64,000 nucleotides of DNA. Source: Rebecca billardiae RCC1528 (taxonomy: Eukaryota; Protista; Haptophyta). Below, piece by piece: positions 32,062 to 44,587 of this stretch. The notes below the pieces were generated by a model. That model was not told where the DNA came from. It was given only the letters and a program-made list of their open reading frames with translations, and made no database searches. The stretch spans positions 1,054,001-1,118,000 of the forward strand of contig OZ251239.1 in NCBI GenBank assembly GCA_965240325.2, in the 5' to 3' direction. Both the position numbers and the translations under genes were made by a program. Within the stretch, counting starts at the first letter, position 1, and every line of letters starts with the position of its first letter.

Positions 32062-35000
32062 TCACGCCCCGAGGGCGCTCTGGATCGCAGGCACGCCCGA
32101 GCTGATGAGCGCATCGATCTGCTCGGCGATGCTCTTCTGCGCGTCGCGGCTGCAGCGCTCGAGGGCGTCCGTGAGCCGCCGTTGCAGCTGGCGCGCGCGG
32201 CGGTGGCAGGCGCGCGGCGGGCGCACAGACAGACGGCAGACAAGGCACAGCACCGCACACCAGGCAGGGCGCGATGCGCGTGAGTGGGTTAGCGGAGGCG
32301 TACCGCGCGCGCCGCACGCGCGCGCTACGCGGCGCAGTGCGGCGCAGCCGGTGCGTGCTCTCACCTGCCGCACCTCACTGTCGTAGTCGGACACCAGCTG
32401 GCGCACGCGCGCGCGGTGCACCTCTGCCTGCCGCGCCTGCGCGTGCGCGCGCGCGCGGGCGGGCGGGCGCGCGGCGGGTGCGCGCGTGTGGGCACGCGGG
32501 CCGCCGCGCGTGCGCGCGCGAGGGCAGGTGTGGCGCGCGGCTGCGTGCGCGCTCGCGCGCCGTGCGCGTTCCGCGCGCGCGCGCGCGCACCTCGATCTCG
32601 CGCGCCCTGAGGTGCACGAGCTGCGTGACGGCCTCGGCAGAGACGCCGCCGCCGCCGTCGCCGAGCGCGGCGTGCACTCGCCTCGTCAGCTCGTCGTGCG
32701 CAGCGGCGGGCGGCGGGTGCACGCCGGGCCCCCCGCCAGGCCAGGGCGCGCCGCCGCCCCGAGCGGTGCCGGGAACACCGGCGCCGACGCCGCCGACGAC
32801 CTCGGCACCGACCGAGCCGAACTCTCGATCCTCGGCGAAGCGCGCGGCGACGTCGTCCGCGAAGCGCGCCGACAGATGGCGGTTCACGAGAGGCGTCAAC
32901 CCGGGCGCGTGGCGGCGCTCATGTTCGGCCGGCGCTGCATCGATGGCCGCCGGCGGCGGCGGCGGGATGATGGGTGATGCAGCCTCGGGCTCGTGCAGCC
33001 GATCCCATCGCGCTGTCCCGCCGCCGCCGCCGCCGTGCGCCTCGGCCTCGAACGTGCCGCCGCCGCCTGCACCGCCGCCCGCGCCCGCCGCCGTCGCCAC
33101 GCCGTGCGGCGGCTGCGGCTGCGCACCGCGCGCGTGCTCGTGGCTTCGACCCGGGCTCGGCGGTCTGATCTCGGACGGCGAGGGCGGCGGAGTGGACTCC
33201 GTCTCGGGCCACGCAGCGCGTGCGTCCGCGCCGCCCGCCCACCCCTGCCCGGACCCCGCCAGCTGCGGCACGGCGCCGCCCGCGCCGCCGAGCGCCAGCT
33301 CCGCCCCCGCTCCGCCGCCCTCAACGACAATCTGAGTCACGTGCGAGTCTGGCCAGTGGCGCGGCTGCAGGTCCGGCGGCGGCGGCGGCGGGCGCTGCGA
33401 GACGTAGACTTCGATGTCACCCGGGAAGGAGTTGAGCCGCCAGCGCTCACCCGCGTCGTCGCCGCCCTCCTCGCCGCTGCCGCCACCGCGGCCGGCTTGG
33501 AGCCGTTGCCGGAACGCCGCGCGATCCTGCCGCGCCGCCTCTCGGAGCGCGTGAGACGCGGCGCGCGCGCGCTGGAGCGCTTCGGAGGGGCCTGCGCGCT
33601 CATCAGCGGAGCGCGCTTGCGGCTCGGCCGAGCGCGAGCGCGCCGGCTGCGCGCGCGCGCGCGCGGCCGCGGGGCTCGGCCACCCGTCGTCCCACCTGTG
33701 CCCGCCACCGCCGGCTCGGCCGTGGGCCGGGCTGCGCGGCGCGCGGCCGCGCGCACCACCCCCAGCGCTGGCACCGGGGTCACGGCTGCCCGCGCCAGCG
33801 CGCGCCCGCGGCCGCGCGCCGAGCTGCCCAGTCGCGCGTGGCGCGCAGTGCGTTCGGCGCGAGCGCGGCGCGTGGCGGCGCAGCACGCCGATGTCGGCCT
33901 CGTCGCCGTCGTCGCTCGCGCCGCGCTCCCACGCGCCGAACCGGTCATCTGCACTCGAGGCGGCCGCGCGCCGGCGGCCGCCCGCGCGCGCCGAGGGCTT
34001 GGAGGCGGGCCGGGCGCGGGCGTCTGCGGCGCCACCGCCGCGCTCCAGCGGGTTGGTCGCGGCGCGCGGCGCGCGCGCGAGGCGCGGCCTGGAGCGCTCG
34101 GCCGCGGCGGGCGACCACCACTCGAACGGGTCGAACTCGTCATCAGGATGCGCGGGCGGCGGCGTGGGCGCCCACGGCAGCTCGCGCGACTCCGCCAAAA
34201 CGCGCGGCGGCGGCGTCGGCGAGCGCGGCGCGCCGCCCGTTCTGTTCAACACACCGGTGCCGCCTCCGTCCTCGCGCATGCTGCGCGTCCGTCGGTGCTC
34301 GCGCCGCGCGGTCGGGCCCGGCGCCGAGGCTCCGAGCGCGGGCGGCACCGGGCTCGACGCGCGCGGCCTCGCCACCAGACCCCCGTACAGCGCCGCCACC
34401 TCAGCCACCGCCTCGGAAACAAAGGCTGCGGTCGTCGCTGCCGGCTGCGACGCGCCGCCGGCAGACGCCGGCGGCTGGCGCGCGCCGGCCAGCATGCCCA
34501 GGGTGTAGCACACCCACTCGCTGAGCTCGGCGACGAAGGCGCGGGAGTAGAGCGCGCGCACGTGCCCTTCGAGCGCGTCGGCGCCGCCGCCACCGTCCGT
34601 CGCCGCCACCACCGCCGCGCTGGTGAGCGTGTCGGCGACGGCCCGGAGTGCGTGCACGGCGGCGCGCTCGGTGGTGGCAGTTGGCGGGGGCGTGCCGCCG
34701 AGCGCGAGGAGCGCGAGCCGCACCGTGTCGCGCAGCTCGTGCTCCGCGCACCGCGCGCCCGCCGTGTCGATGCAGCGCAGCAGGGGCAGGAACGCCTCGC
34801 ACAGCGGCGCGGCGCCGTGCGCGTCGGCCGCGCCGAGCTCGGCCGTCAGGACACCGACGAGCGCCAAGCGCGCGTCGGCGACAGAGAGCGAGGGGACGTC
34901 GGTGAGCGCGCGGTGCAGCGCGAGCAGCACAGACGCGCGGGCCGCGGACCCGGCCGGCGCGACGCCGAGCTGCGCGAGCAGCGGCTCCACGAGCAGCTCG

Positions 35001-35320
35001 CCCACGGCGCGCGCATCGACAGCGTGCTTAGCGAGGGAGCCCAACATGCGCAGGATGTCGTCGCGCATCTCGCGCTCGGTGTCGAGCTGCCGCGCGATGG
35101 CGCGGACGAGCGAGGCCATCCGCCGCTGTAGCGCGTGGCCGTGCAGGATCGCCGCGTACGAAACCAGCCGACAGCGCTCGCGGCACACCTCGGCGCCATG
35201 GCCGGTGATCTCGCGGACGAGATCGTCGATCACCTCCGGGATCTCGTCACTGGCGAGCGAGTCGATGCGCGCGCGCTGCGCGTCGAGACGGAGCGGGTCG
35301 TTCGATGGCGCCTCGGGCAT
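32062..35320 (-). CDS. Multi-exon protein of unknown function: N-terminal HEAT/ARM-like helices, disordered middle, C-terminal coiled coil
   Basis: Long ORF from ATG 35320 to a GT donor at 32590; short exon ..AEVHRARVRQLVSDYDSE; last exon LQRRLTDALE..SALGA with stop at 32062. Exon borders approximate. Confidence 0.65.
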
Positions 35321-35522
35321 GAGGGCCCTGCCGCTGCGCTTGCGCTCCCGCCGCCGCCGCGGCCCGGCGCTCGCGCTGCTCGGCCAACGTCGAGTCGTCG
35401 ACGCTCAAGCTGGCCCGCTTCCAGCTTTGAGAGAGCACAGCACTCCTGCCTGCCCGAGCTGGCCGGTGGCGATCCGGGCGGCTCGCTCGCCTGCGCAGCA
35501 CCCGGACTCTTCCTTTGCAAGG

Positions 35523-38267
35523 ATGCAGGCCGAGATGATGGCGGCGCCCATCGCGGACCCTCTTCAAGAAGGTGAAGAGGCTGCTGCCCCGGCCGCAGCC
35601 GGCGAGGAGGAAGCCCCGGCCGCGATCAGCAATGAGGCGGCTGCCCCGGCCGACGTGCCCTCGGCTGAAGACGAGACGCCCGCCCCGGCCACTGCCGTCG
35701 CCGATCCGCCGGCCGCCGATCCGCCGGCCGCCGATGGCGTGGATCAGGCACCGTCGATGCAGCTTCTGATCTCCCCGCCCGAGGTGGACGTGCCGGACGA
35801 CGAGGCCGGCGCGCCCGGGGCGGCGATCGAGGACGCGCCCGGCACCGTCGAGGAGCGCGAGGCCATGGCGGAGTGGTGCCGCGAGCACATCCGCCAAGTG
35901 TTTGCGAACAAGGGCAACGTCGACCGCAAGTCCACAGACCTTCTCTGCAAGCAGCTCTCGCACAAGTTCGCGCGCGTCGCCGTCGCGCACGAGCTCAACA
36001 TGATGCGCAGCAAGGTGCGCGCGCGCGCCGCGCGCGTCGAAGCCGCCCCCAGCCGCACGGCTCACGAGCGAGCGTGCTGCCCGCTCGTCGCGCCCGCGCG
36101 CGCGCGCGCGCTCGCGCGCGCCGCGCAGCACGCGCTCAATCGGGACGAGCGCTCGTTCGGTGTGCTGTGCACGATCGTCGACACGGCGACGCGGTGCTGC
36201 CACGTCTCGCGGGACTACGAGTCCGCGAGCGCCTTCCTCAACCTCGCCTCCACCTTCTACAAGAAGGGCGGAGGTCCGGATGCACACCCGGACTTTTTGA
36301 CGTCGCGGATGACGTGCGGCGAGGAGCTCCGCGATTCGTCAGAGTTCTGGGAGCAGACGTTCTACGCGTCGCTCGAGGTGGCGCTGGCGAACTGCAGGCG
36401 GCCGTTCCAGGCGCACGCGTCCGGCGCGCGCGCGCGCACGCCCAGCGCCGCCAGCCGGCCGAGCGGCGCGTCGCCCGTGCGGCCGCCGCTCGCGAGGGCC
36501 CCGGCGGGCGCGCCGGCCGCGGTGGGCGCGCCGGCCGCGGCGGGCGCGCCGGCCGCGGCCGCGGCGGAGGGCGTGGCGCAGCCATCGGCGAGCCCGGCGG
36601 CCGACGCGCCCGCCGCGAGCGCGACGCTCGGCTCCGAGCGCTCGAGCCACGCGCTGCTCGAGCGGCTCGGCGCCGACACCGACAACAGCAGCGCGGGCGG
36701 CGCGCCTCTCTCGCCCTCACCCTCGACTGCTTCCCTGCTACTGCAGCAGACGCCGGAGGGGGCGGCCGACGCGAGCCGGTGGCGCGAGCTGGCGGAGGAG
36801 CAGCGCACGGAGGCGCTCACGGCGGAGCAGTCCGTCGTCTTCGGCCAGCTCGGCTTCTTCGTGTACACCATGCTCTCCCTCGGCGTCGCCGTCGAGCGCG
36901 GGCGCGAGTTTGTGCGCACGATGTGCGTGATGAATAATCTGCTGCCTGAGTATACTGTGCTGCTGCTCGACGTGATGGATCAGTACCCGTCCGCGTCGGC
37001 GGCGGCGGCGGCGGCGAGCGCGGCCGTGGCGGCGGTGGGCTCGAATCAGCCCTCGCTCCTCGAGCCCCCGTCCGCGCAGCGCGCCGAGGGCAGCCCGGCC
37101 GGGAGCGCGAGCGCGAGCGCGCGCGCGCCGGCGGCCGCGCCCTCGCCGGCGCGGACGCCTGGCGCGCGCGGCGGCACGTTCGGCCGCTGGACCAAGTCTC
37201 TGATCACCGCGCCGCTCGAGCCGGACGAGGCGGAGCACGTGGAGAAGCTCCTGAGCGGCGCATCCCTCCGCATGTCCGCCTTCGCCTCGCGCACGCGCAA
37301 GCTCGTCGACACCGCCTCGCGCGCGCCGTCGCGCGTGCTCGACCGCACGGTTGACCGCCTCAGCTCCGCTTCGCAAGCGCACGCGGCGCGGTCCATGTCT
37401 GCCAAACTGTACAAGGTCGGGCTGGCGCGGTACAAGGCGGGGTGCTACGCGGAGGCGGAGGAGCTCTTCCGCTCGGCGCTGCGCATCAACGAGCGAGAGA
37501 TGGAGCCCATGTCGGAGGTGCGCCGCGGCCCTGCGACGCTGTGGCCCCCGGCGCGCGCGCGCGCGGGGCGGAGTCAGCACGAGGAGGCTGCGCGGGGTCT
37601 CATCCACGCAGCGCGGCGCACCGCGCGCGGCCGCACGCGCACTGGGCCGACCCGCGCGTGGACTGACGCGCGCGTGCCGTGCTGCTCCCCACCCGCTACC
37701 CCCCCGCCCTGCGCCACCCGCAGGAGCTCGGCGTCAACCTGAACAACCTCGCAGCCACGCTGGAGAAGCAGGAGAAGTTCGAAGAGGCCTACACCCTCTG
37801 CAAGCGCGCGCACGCAATTTTCGTGCAGTCCAACGGTGCGCGCGGCGCGGCGCGGCCGCGGCCGGGCTGGCGTCGTGCGCGCGCAAGCAAGCAAGCAACG
37901 CCTGCGGTCGGGAGGCGCGCGTGCGATGACGCCCGGCGTACCGCGCCCCCCGCGCGCAGGCGCCGATCACCCGCGCACGCAGCACGTCGCCTCGAAGCTG
38001 CACGAGATCAGAGCAGCCATCAAGTCTGCCGGCGGCGCAAGCGCCGCTGCCGATCTCGGCGGCGTCGGCGAAGCCGACCCGTCAGACCTGTCCGTCCACC
38101 TGATGCCGCCCGGCACCTTCCTGGGCGACCACTCCCTGCAGCAGACGGGCGTCGAGTCGTACCTCGCCGACGCGATGCGCGGGCTGCTGGACGAGTTCCC
38201 CTCCGCGGGAGAGATGTGGGTGCCGAGTCACACGGACGGGATGCAGCCGCCGCGCGCGTTCATATAG
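35523..38267 (+). CDS. Protein with SBF2/MADD-like helical region and kinesin-light-chain-type TPRs; introns 36015-36128, 37518-37723, 37836-37959
   Basis: FLNLASTFYK, FWEQTF, EQSVVFGQLGFFVYTMLSLGV; YAEAEELFRSALRINE, LNNLAATLEKQEKFEEAY; splicing restores GADHPRT. Confidence 0.7.
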
Positions 38268-38847
38268 CGCGAGCTACTGTCCTTATCGTCCCCTGACGAG
38301 AAGGTTACATCCGCACACCTACTAGACGCTGATAGTAACACCTAGTACGACGCGGAGGATAATCAGATTCGTCACTGGAGACAACGAAACATCCGAAGGC
38401 CTCAAACCACACACACACAAATATATATATAATTTAATGTCAAAATATATAGAACACAAAATTAAAAACCAAAATAAAATTCATGCACCATTTACGCATG
38501 CCAACGGCATCATGATCATTTTTATTACTATCTAAATTTTGTTTTGATAGTAACATTGTTATTACTAACTAGTATAATGACGTTGTTACTGCTATAGTTA
38601 GTAGCATTGGTAGCTATCTCGGTAGTGACACTGTCACTACTAAGCTAGATCTATACTTCAATCTATACTTGCTATAATACTATACTTCAATCCCGGTCAG
38701 TCATCTCAGACATTGATAGATAGATATCCGACTCGAGTCGTCTCGGCGTCTGTCATTCTCTTGAAAGTTATTCTGGCGTCCGCCGGAACAGTCATCAGCA
38801 TAGTCTAGCTGCTCTCTCTCTCTGTCTCTAGCTAAGCTGCTACTAGA

Positions 38848-38896
38848 ATCATTATCATCATCATCATCCATCATCATCATCATCATCATCATCATC
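38848..38896. repeat. (ATC)n microsatellite, imperfect
   Basis: ATCATTATCATCATCATCATCCATCATC... run. Confidence 0.85.
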
Positions 38897-39000
38897 GTCG
38901 TCGTCTGAATAGTAAAGCTTGTTACAAAGTACGACTACTAAATATACTAACTTTAGCGTGTATCTGTGAAGTCCTGTCTAACTACCCGTTCGACCGCCTA

Positions 39001-39340
39001 TGCCCTATCCGGACGGGGCATCGAGCTCGAGCCAGGCCCGCATCCAGACCTGCGTGTAAAGTTGCAAAGTGTAAAGTAGGTCCGGGAGCCCAGCCGGACT
39101 TGTCCGGCCAGTCCGACCGGACGCGTGCCAGCTGCCACCGGGCCCGGCACTCTCCGGCGCCTCCGCCCGGCGCCGGCCGGTCGCCGGGGCGCCGCGGCCG
39201 AGAGGCAGTGCAAAGTTGTAAAGTGTAAATTACATCCGGGAGCCAGGCCGGACCTATCCGGACAGCCGTCCGGCCACGCACGCGTGCGGGCTGTGCCGAC
39301 GCGCCGCGCCGGCCGGCTGCCGGGCGCACGAGGGCGTGTA
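39001..39340 (-). repeat. Left subterminal repeats: inverted, degenerate copies of the 200-bp unit, continuing at 44076-44190
   Basis: TGTAAAGTTGCAAAGTGTAAAGTAGGTCCGGGAG at 39055 and a second box at 39209 are reverse complements of the 46331-47310 boxes. Confidence 0.85.
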
Positions 39341-39342
39341 TA

Positions 39343-40150
39343 GTACCCCTCAGGTTTAAGCGTTCGCTTCGCTGGCTACGTGATTGCACGCCCGCTCACG
39401 CCGTGACGAGCGCACCATGGCGGCTCTCTCGCTTGTGGCGCACGGTCGGGGAGCACCCGCGTCTGCGCAGACACACGGCTCGCCCGCAAGTGTGCTGTGT
39501 CGCGCACGCGCGCGCTCGCGCGGCCGGCCATCGCGCACAGACCTGACTGGTCTCACATGCACCAGCATGGTCGTGCACGCACAGCGCCGCTCCGCGCACG
39601 CAATAAATTCGAGCGTGGTGCGCATGCACGTACACTCTGTGTCCCTGGTCCACACACAGCGTGTGAGCTCGTGCTTTGACCACGTGCAGGCGCACCACAG
39701 ACTTTCGCGCAGCTGCCGCGCCGGGCCGTGCCAGCGGCTCGACAGGCTCAGCTCGTGGGCAGCGCTCGCTCGATTGCATGCTCCTGCCGCGCAGGGTGCC
39801 CAGCTTGCTGCGCTCGGTGTGTACTGGCGCGCTCGGACGGCACCCCGCGTACGCCTCGGGCCACGCGTGGGAGCCTAGCTCCACGCACGGAGGACTCGCA
39901 GGCGCAGGCCGGCGGCTGCCTCACACGGCTTGGTCGGGAGGCCGCCGCGCGGCTACCGTCGAGCTCGCCGATCGGCTGCACCTACTTTCAGCGCACGCTA
40001 CCGCCGCCTCGCGCACGACACGGCAAGGTTGAACACGTGACTGTGGGCGGGCATCAGCCCCAAGTACGCAGCCATCAGCACCACGGCCTTCACCTTCAGC
40101 GCCGACGATAGAGCCGCCGCTTGATTTTATCGCTTAAACTTGAGGGCCAC
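39343..40150. mobile_element. 808-bp MITE-like element, copy 1 (20-bp imperfect TIR, flanked by TA)
   Basis: GTACCCCTCAGGTTTAAGCG..CGCTTAAACTTGAGGGCCAC (17/20 inverted), TA on both sides; matches copy 2 at offset 3923. Confidence 0.85.
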
Positions 40151-40470
40151 TAAGTCGGAGGCTGCTGAAAACCCGCGTGAGACGTGAGCATCATCGTAGG
40201 AGGTGTCGACGAAGATTCACTCTGACGCGCGCAGTCCGTTTCGACTCTGGCTGGCGCGCGCGCTATATGGCTAGGACGGATCGTGCCGGAGCGCTCGGAG
40301 TAGCCGGCTTCTCCCCGTTGCACGAGACTGTGCTGCTCCATTGGCAACATGACTGGGTTGTCATTCGTAAGCGTCAGTCAGGGACGTGACATGTGATGAC
40401 CATGGCCTAGGCCACTGAGACCGCAAGATCAAATCAGCCACAGGAGTTGTGACCTCGAGCGCGAGCGCGC

Positions 40471-42480
40471 GCGCTCGGCACGCCCCCCGCGCGTGTACCG
40501 CATGCCCGAGCCCGCCCTTCAGATGCGCACGGCGCGCGCGCCGACTCGGCGCTTCTCGCTGGCTCTAGCCGCAGCCGCACCTCTCCGTAGCCGTTGGTCG
40601 TGACACACCCAGCTCAGCTTGGTCAGATTCGAGCTCGAGCTCTCGCGCGCGCGACAGTAGAGGCGGGCCGCCGGTGCCATGTGTACGCTCATCGGGGCCG
40701 TACCTGGCGCTGCGCGCCGCGCCGGCGCGCGCGCGTGTGCGCACGCGCCGCAGCAGCCGTGTCGTTGCTTGAGCCGTGAGGCGCCGGCTGATCGGCAGGT
40801 CGGGAGGTCGTGAGATCTGAGCTGAGCCGAAACTCCGGCCGTGGCGGCGGCGCAGGATGAGCGCCGAGCGCGCGCGCGCGCCCTCGCGCTCGGCACGCCC
40901 CCCGCGCGTGTACCGCGTGCCCGAGCCCGCCCTTCAGATGCGCATGGCGCGCGCGCCGACTCGGCGCTTCTCGCTGGCTCTACCCGCAGCTCTCCGTAGC
41001 CGTTGGCCGTGACACACCCAGCTCAGCTTGGTCAGATTCGAGCTCGAGCTCTCGCGCGCACGACGGTAGAGGCGGGCCGCCGGTGCCATGTGTACGCTCA
41101 CCGGGGCCGTACCTGGCGCTGCGCGCCGCGCCGGCGCGCGCGCGTGTGCGCACGCGCCGCAGCAGCCGTGTCGTTGCTTGAGCCGTGAGGCGCCGGCTGA
41201 TCGGCAGGTCGGGAGGTCGTGAGATCTGAGCTGAGCCGAAACTCCGGCCGTGGCGGCGGCGCAGGATGAGCGCCGAGCGCGCGCGCGCGCCCTCGCGCTC
41301 GGCACGCCCCCCGCGCGTGTACCGCGTGCCCGAGCCCGCCCTTCAGATGCGCATGGCGCGCGCGCCGACTCGGCGCTTCTCGCTGGCTCTACCCGCAGCT
41401 CTCCGTAGCCGTTGGCCGTGACACACCCAGCTCAGCTTGGTCAGATTCGAGCTCGAGCTCTCGCGCGCACGACGGTAGAGGCGGGCCGCCGGTGCCATGT
41501 GTACGCTCACCGGGGCCGTACCTGGCGCTGCGCGCCGCGCCGGCGCGCCAGCTTGCGCGCACGCGCCGCAGCAGCCGTGTTGTTGCCTGAGCCGTGAGGT
41601 GCCGGCTGATCGGCAGGTCGGGAGGTCGTGAGATCTGAGCTGAGCCGAAACTCCGGCCGTGGCGGCGGCGCAGGAGGAGCGCCGAGCGCGCGCGCGCGCC
41701 CTCGCGCTCGGCACGCCCCCCGCGCGTGTACCGCGTGCCCGAGCCCGCCCTTCAGATGCGCACGGCGCGCGCGCCGACTCGGCGCTTCTCGCTGGCTCTA
41801 GCCGCAGCCGCAGCTCTCCGTAGCCGTTGGCCGTGACACACCCAGCTCAGCTTGGTCAGATTCGAGCTCGAGCTCTCGCGCGCGCGACAGTAGAGGCGGG
41901 CCGCCGGTGCCATGTATACGCTCACTGGGGCCGTACCTGGCACTGCGCGCCGCGCCGGCGCGCCAGCTTGCGCGCACGCGCCGCAGCAGCCGTGTTGTTG
42001 CCTGAGCCGTGAGGCGCCGGCTGATCGGCAGGTCGGGAGGTCGTGAGATCTGAGCTGAGCCGAAACTCCGGCCGTGGCGGCGGCGCAGGAGGAGCGCCGA
42101 GCGCGCGCGCGCGCCCTCGCGCTCGGCACGCCCCCCGCACGTGTACCGCGTGCCCGAGCCCGCCCTTCAGATGCGCACGGCGCGCGCGCCGACTCGGCGC
42201 TTCTCGCTGGCTCTAGCCGCAGCCGCACCTCTCCGTAGCCGTTGGCCGTGACACACCCAGCTCAGCTTGGTCAGATTCGAGCTCGAGCTCTCGCGCGCGC
42301 GACAGTAGAGGCGGGCCGCCGGTGCCATGTATACGCTCACTGGGGCCGTACCTGGCACTGCGCGCCGCGCCGGCGCGCCAGCTTGCGCGCACGCGCCGCA
42401 GCAGCCGTGTTGTTGCCTGAGCCGTGAGGCGCCGGCTGATCGGCAGGTCGTGAGGTCGTGTGAGCTGAGCTGAGCCAAAC
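40471..42480. repeat. Tandem array of about 5 units of 409-415 bp
   Basis: Equivalent positions at 40519, 40934, 41343, 41752 and 42167; units near-identical. Confidence 0.95.
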
Positions 42481-43265
42481 CTCTGGCCATGGTGGTGGCG
42501 CGCGGGCAGCTGTGACCTCAAGTGCGGGCGTGCACGCGCGTCGCACAGCCCTGCATCGACGTTACCGGCATCTGGCTCGGTGAAGTCCGGCCCAAACATA
42601 TGAGCCCCAGCACCATCTCAATGGCTTGGCCGAGCCCGTCGTTCACGGAGAGGTCGTGGCGATCATAGGTCGCTGCCATCGCAGTCTTCGATACGCGCTG
42701 ACCCTTCCTGTATGCCACGGCTAAGCTCAAGTTGGCCATGATCGTCGGCGCCGCTGCTCGCTGTGCGCATGGTCGCACCGTGGGGCTCTCGGCCGCCGGC
42801 GGCGGTCGCCCTGCAGCCATGCACAAGCTGCTTGCCGATTGGTCGGTTACAAGAATCTACTTTTGAATCGCAGCCATCATCCGTCCAAGAGCTCCGGCGA
42901 CGGCCGCGTGCGGCGCGGTGGCGGCCGCCTGGGCGACACAGCGCGCGCAGCACCCGGCGTTAGAGCGCAATCGACGCATACAACCTCAAAGAGACAGCGC
43001 TAGTGGGTCGTACTATCGTGGTTTGCAGCCCTTCTCTCCATGCTCTGCGCATTGCCACCGCCGCGCGCCGCAACGCTTAAGCATCAGCGAGCTCTCGCAA
43101 ATCACTACGCGCATGGTCTCCTCCTCGCCCACCAGGGCCGAATGATCGGAGGTCGCGCTGTGGTGGAATACCAACCTAAATATTGTCGTGCGCGTGGTGC
43201 AGCCCGGGCGCCTCAGCGCACCCCTGGCACCAGCGCACTATTTACCTCTCTTTTATTACCACTTA

Positions 43266-44073
43266 GTACCCCTCAGGTTTAAGCGTTCGCTTCGCTGGCT
43301 ACGTGATTGCACGCCCGCTCACGCCGTGACGAGCGCACCATGGCGGCTCTCTCGCTTGTGGCGCACGGTCGGGGAGCACCCGCGTCTGCGCAGACACACG
43401 GCTCGCCCGCAAGTGTGCTGTGTCGCGCACGCGCGCGCTCGCGCGGCCGGCCATCGCGCACAGACCTGACTGGTCTCACATGCACCAGCATGGTCGTGCA
43501 CGCACAGCGCCGCTCCGCGCACGCAATAAATTCGAGCGTGGTGCGCATGCACGTACACTCTGTGTCCCTGGTCCACACACAGCGTGTGAGCTCGTGCTTT
43601 GACCACGTGCAGGCGCACCACAGACTTTCGCGCAGCTGCCGCGCCGGGCCGTGCCAGCGGCTCGACAGGCTCAGCTCGTGGGCAGCGCTCGCTCGATTGC
43701 ATGCTCCTGCCGCGCAGGGTGCCCAGCTTGCTGCGCTCGGTGTGTACTGGCGCGCTCGGACGGCACCCCGCGTACGCCTCGGGCCACGCGTGGGAGCCTA
43801 GCTCCACGCACGGAGGACTCGCAGGCGCAGGCCGGCGGCTGCCTCACACGGCTTGGTCGGGAGGCCGCCGCGCGGCTACCGTCGAGCTCGCCGATCGGCT
43901 GCACCTACTTTCAGCGCACGCTACCGCCGCCTCGCGCACGACACGGCAAGGTTGAACACGTGACTGTGGGCGGGCATCAGCCCCAAGTACGCAGCCATCA
44001 GCACCACGGCCTTCACCTTCAGCGCCGACGATAGAGCCGCCGCTTGATTTTATCGCTTAAACTTGAGGGCCAC
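43266..44073. mobile_element. 808-bp MITE-like element, copy 2 (direct orientation)
   Basis: Same termini as copy 1; all ORF-track translations inside the two copies are identical. Confidence 0.85.
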
Positions 44074-44587
44074 TATATGACAGTGTGAAAAAGTAAATCC
44101 GGGCGCCTCCGGACGGGGCATCGCGCGCCGCGCAAGCTGCTTGGCCCAGCAACCCCCCGTAAAAGTTGTAAAGTGTAAGTAAGTCCGGGGCTTTCGCGGG
44201 TCCAATCCGGGATCCCGCAGCCCGAGCGGCGGCGCGATGTTCGCCGCCATGGTCGATGGTGTTCGCAAGCACGTTCAGAAGCCGCCCGCCCTCGACGACG
44301 CGATCTGCACGTGCGCGCGTTGGTCAGAGCACACGCGTGACGTGGGTGAGTCGGGGGACTACCCACTACGAAGCAAAGTAGAGCGTGAAGCAAGGTAGAG
44401 TGTGTTTCCGCGTGCGCGCTCGGGCAGCTCTGCTGTGACCCCTCGGCCACGTCGTGATGTGTGCGTCCGCGCGCACGGCCACGCCAGCGTGGCCAGTGCG
44501 CTTCCTCTTCAACGACACCAACGAGCTCGCCCTGGCGCACAACGTTGGCAGCAGCGCCGTGACTACACGGCTGCTGGTGGTGCGCGT

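Noticed and set aside
42518-42826. Protein-coding cargo gene in the composite unit
   Set aside because: Short, no recognisable domain, runs into the tandem array; cannot be supported without a database search.
39341-44075. LTR retrotransposon or TRIM/LARD
   Set aside because: The direct repeats lack TG..CA ends, each has its own 20-bp TIR and TA flanks, and no convincing PBS, PPT or gag/pol was seen. Not fully excluded.
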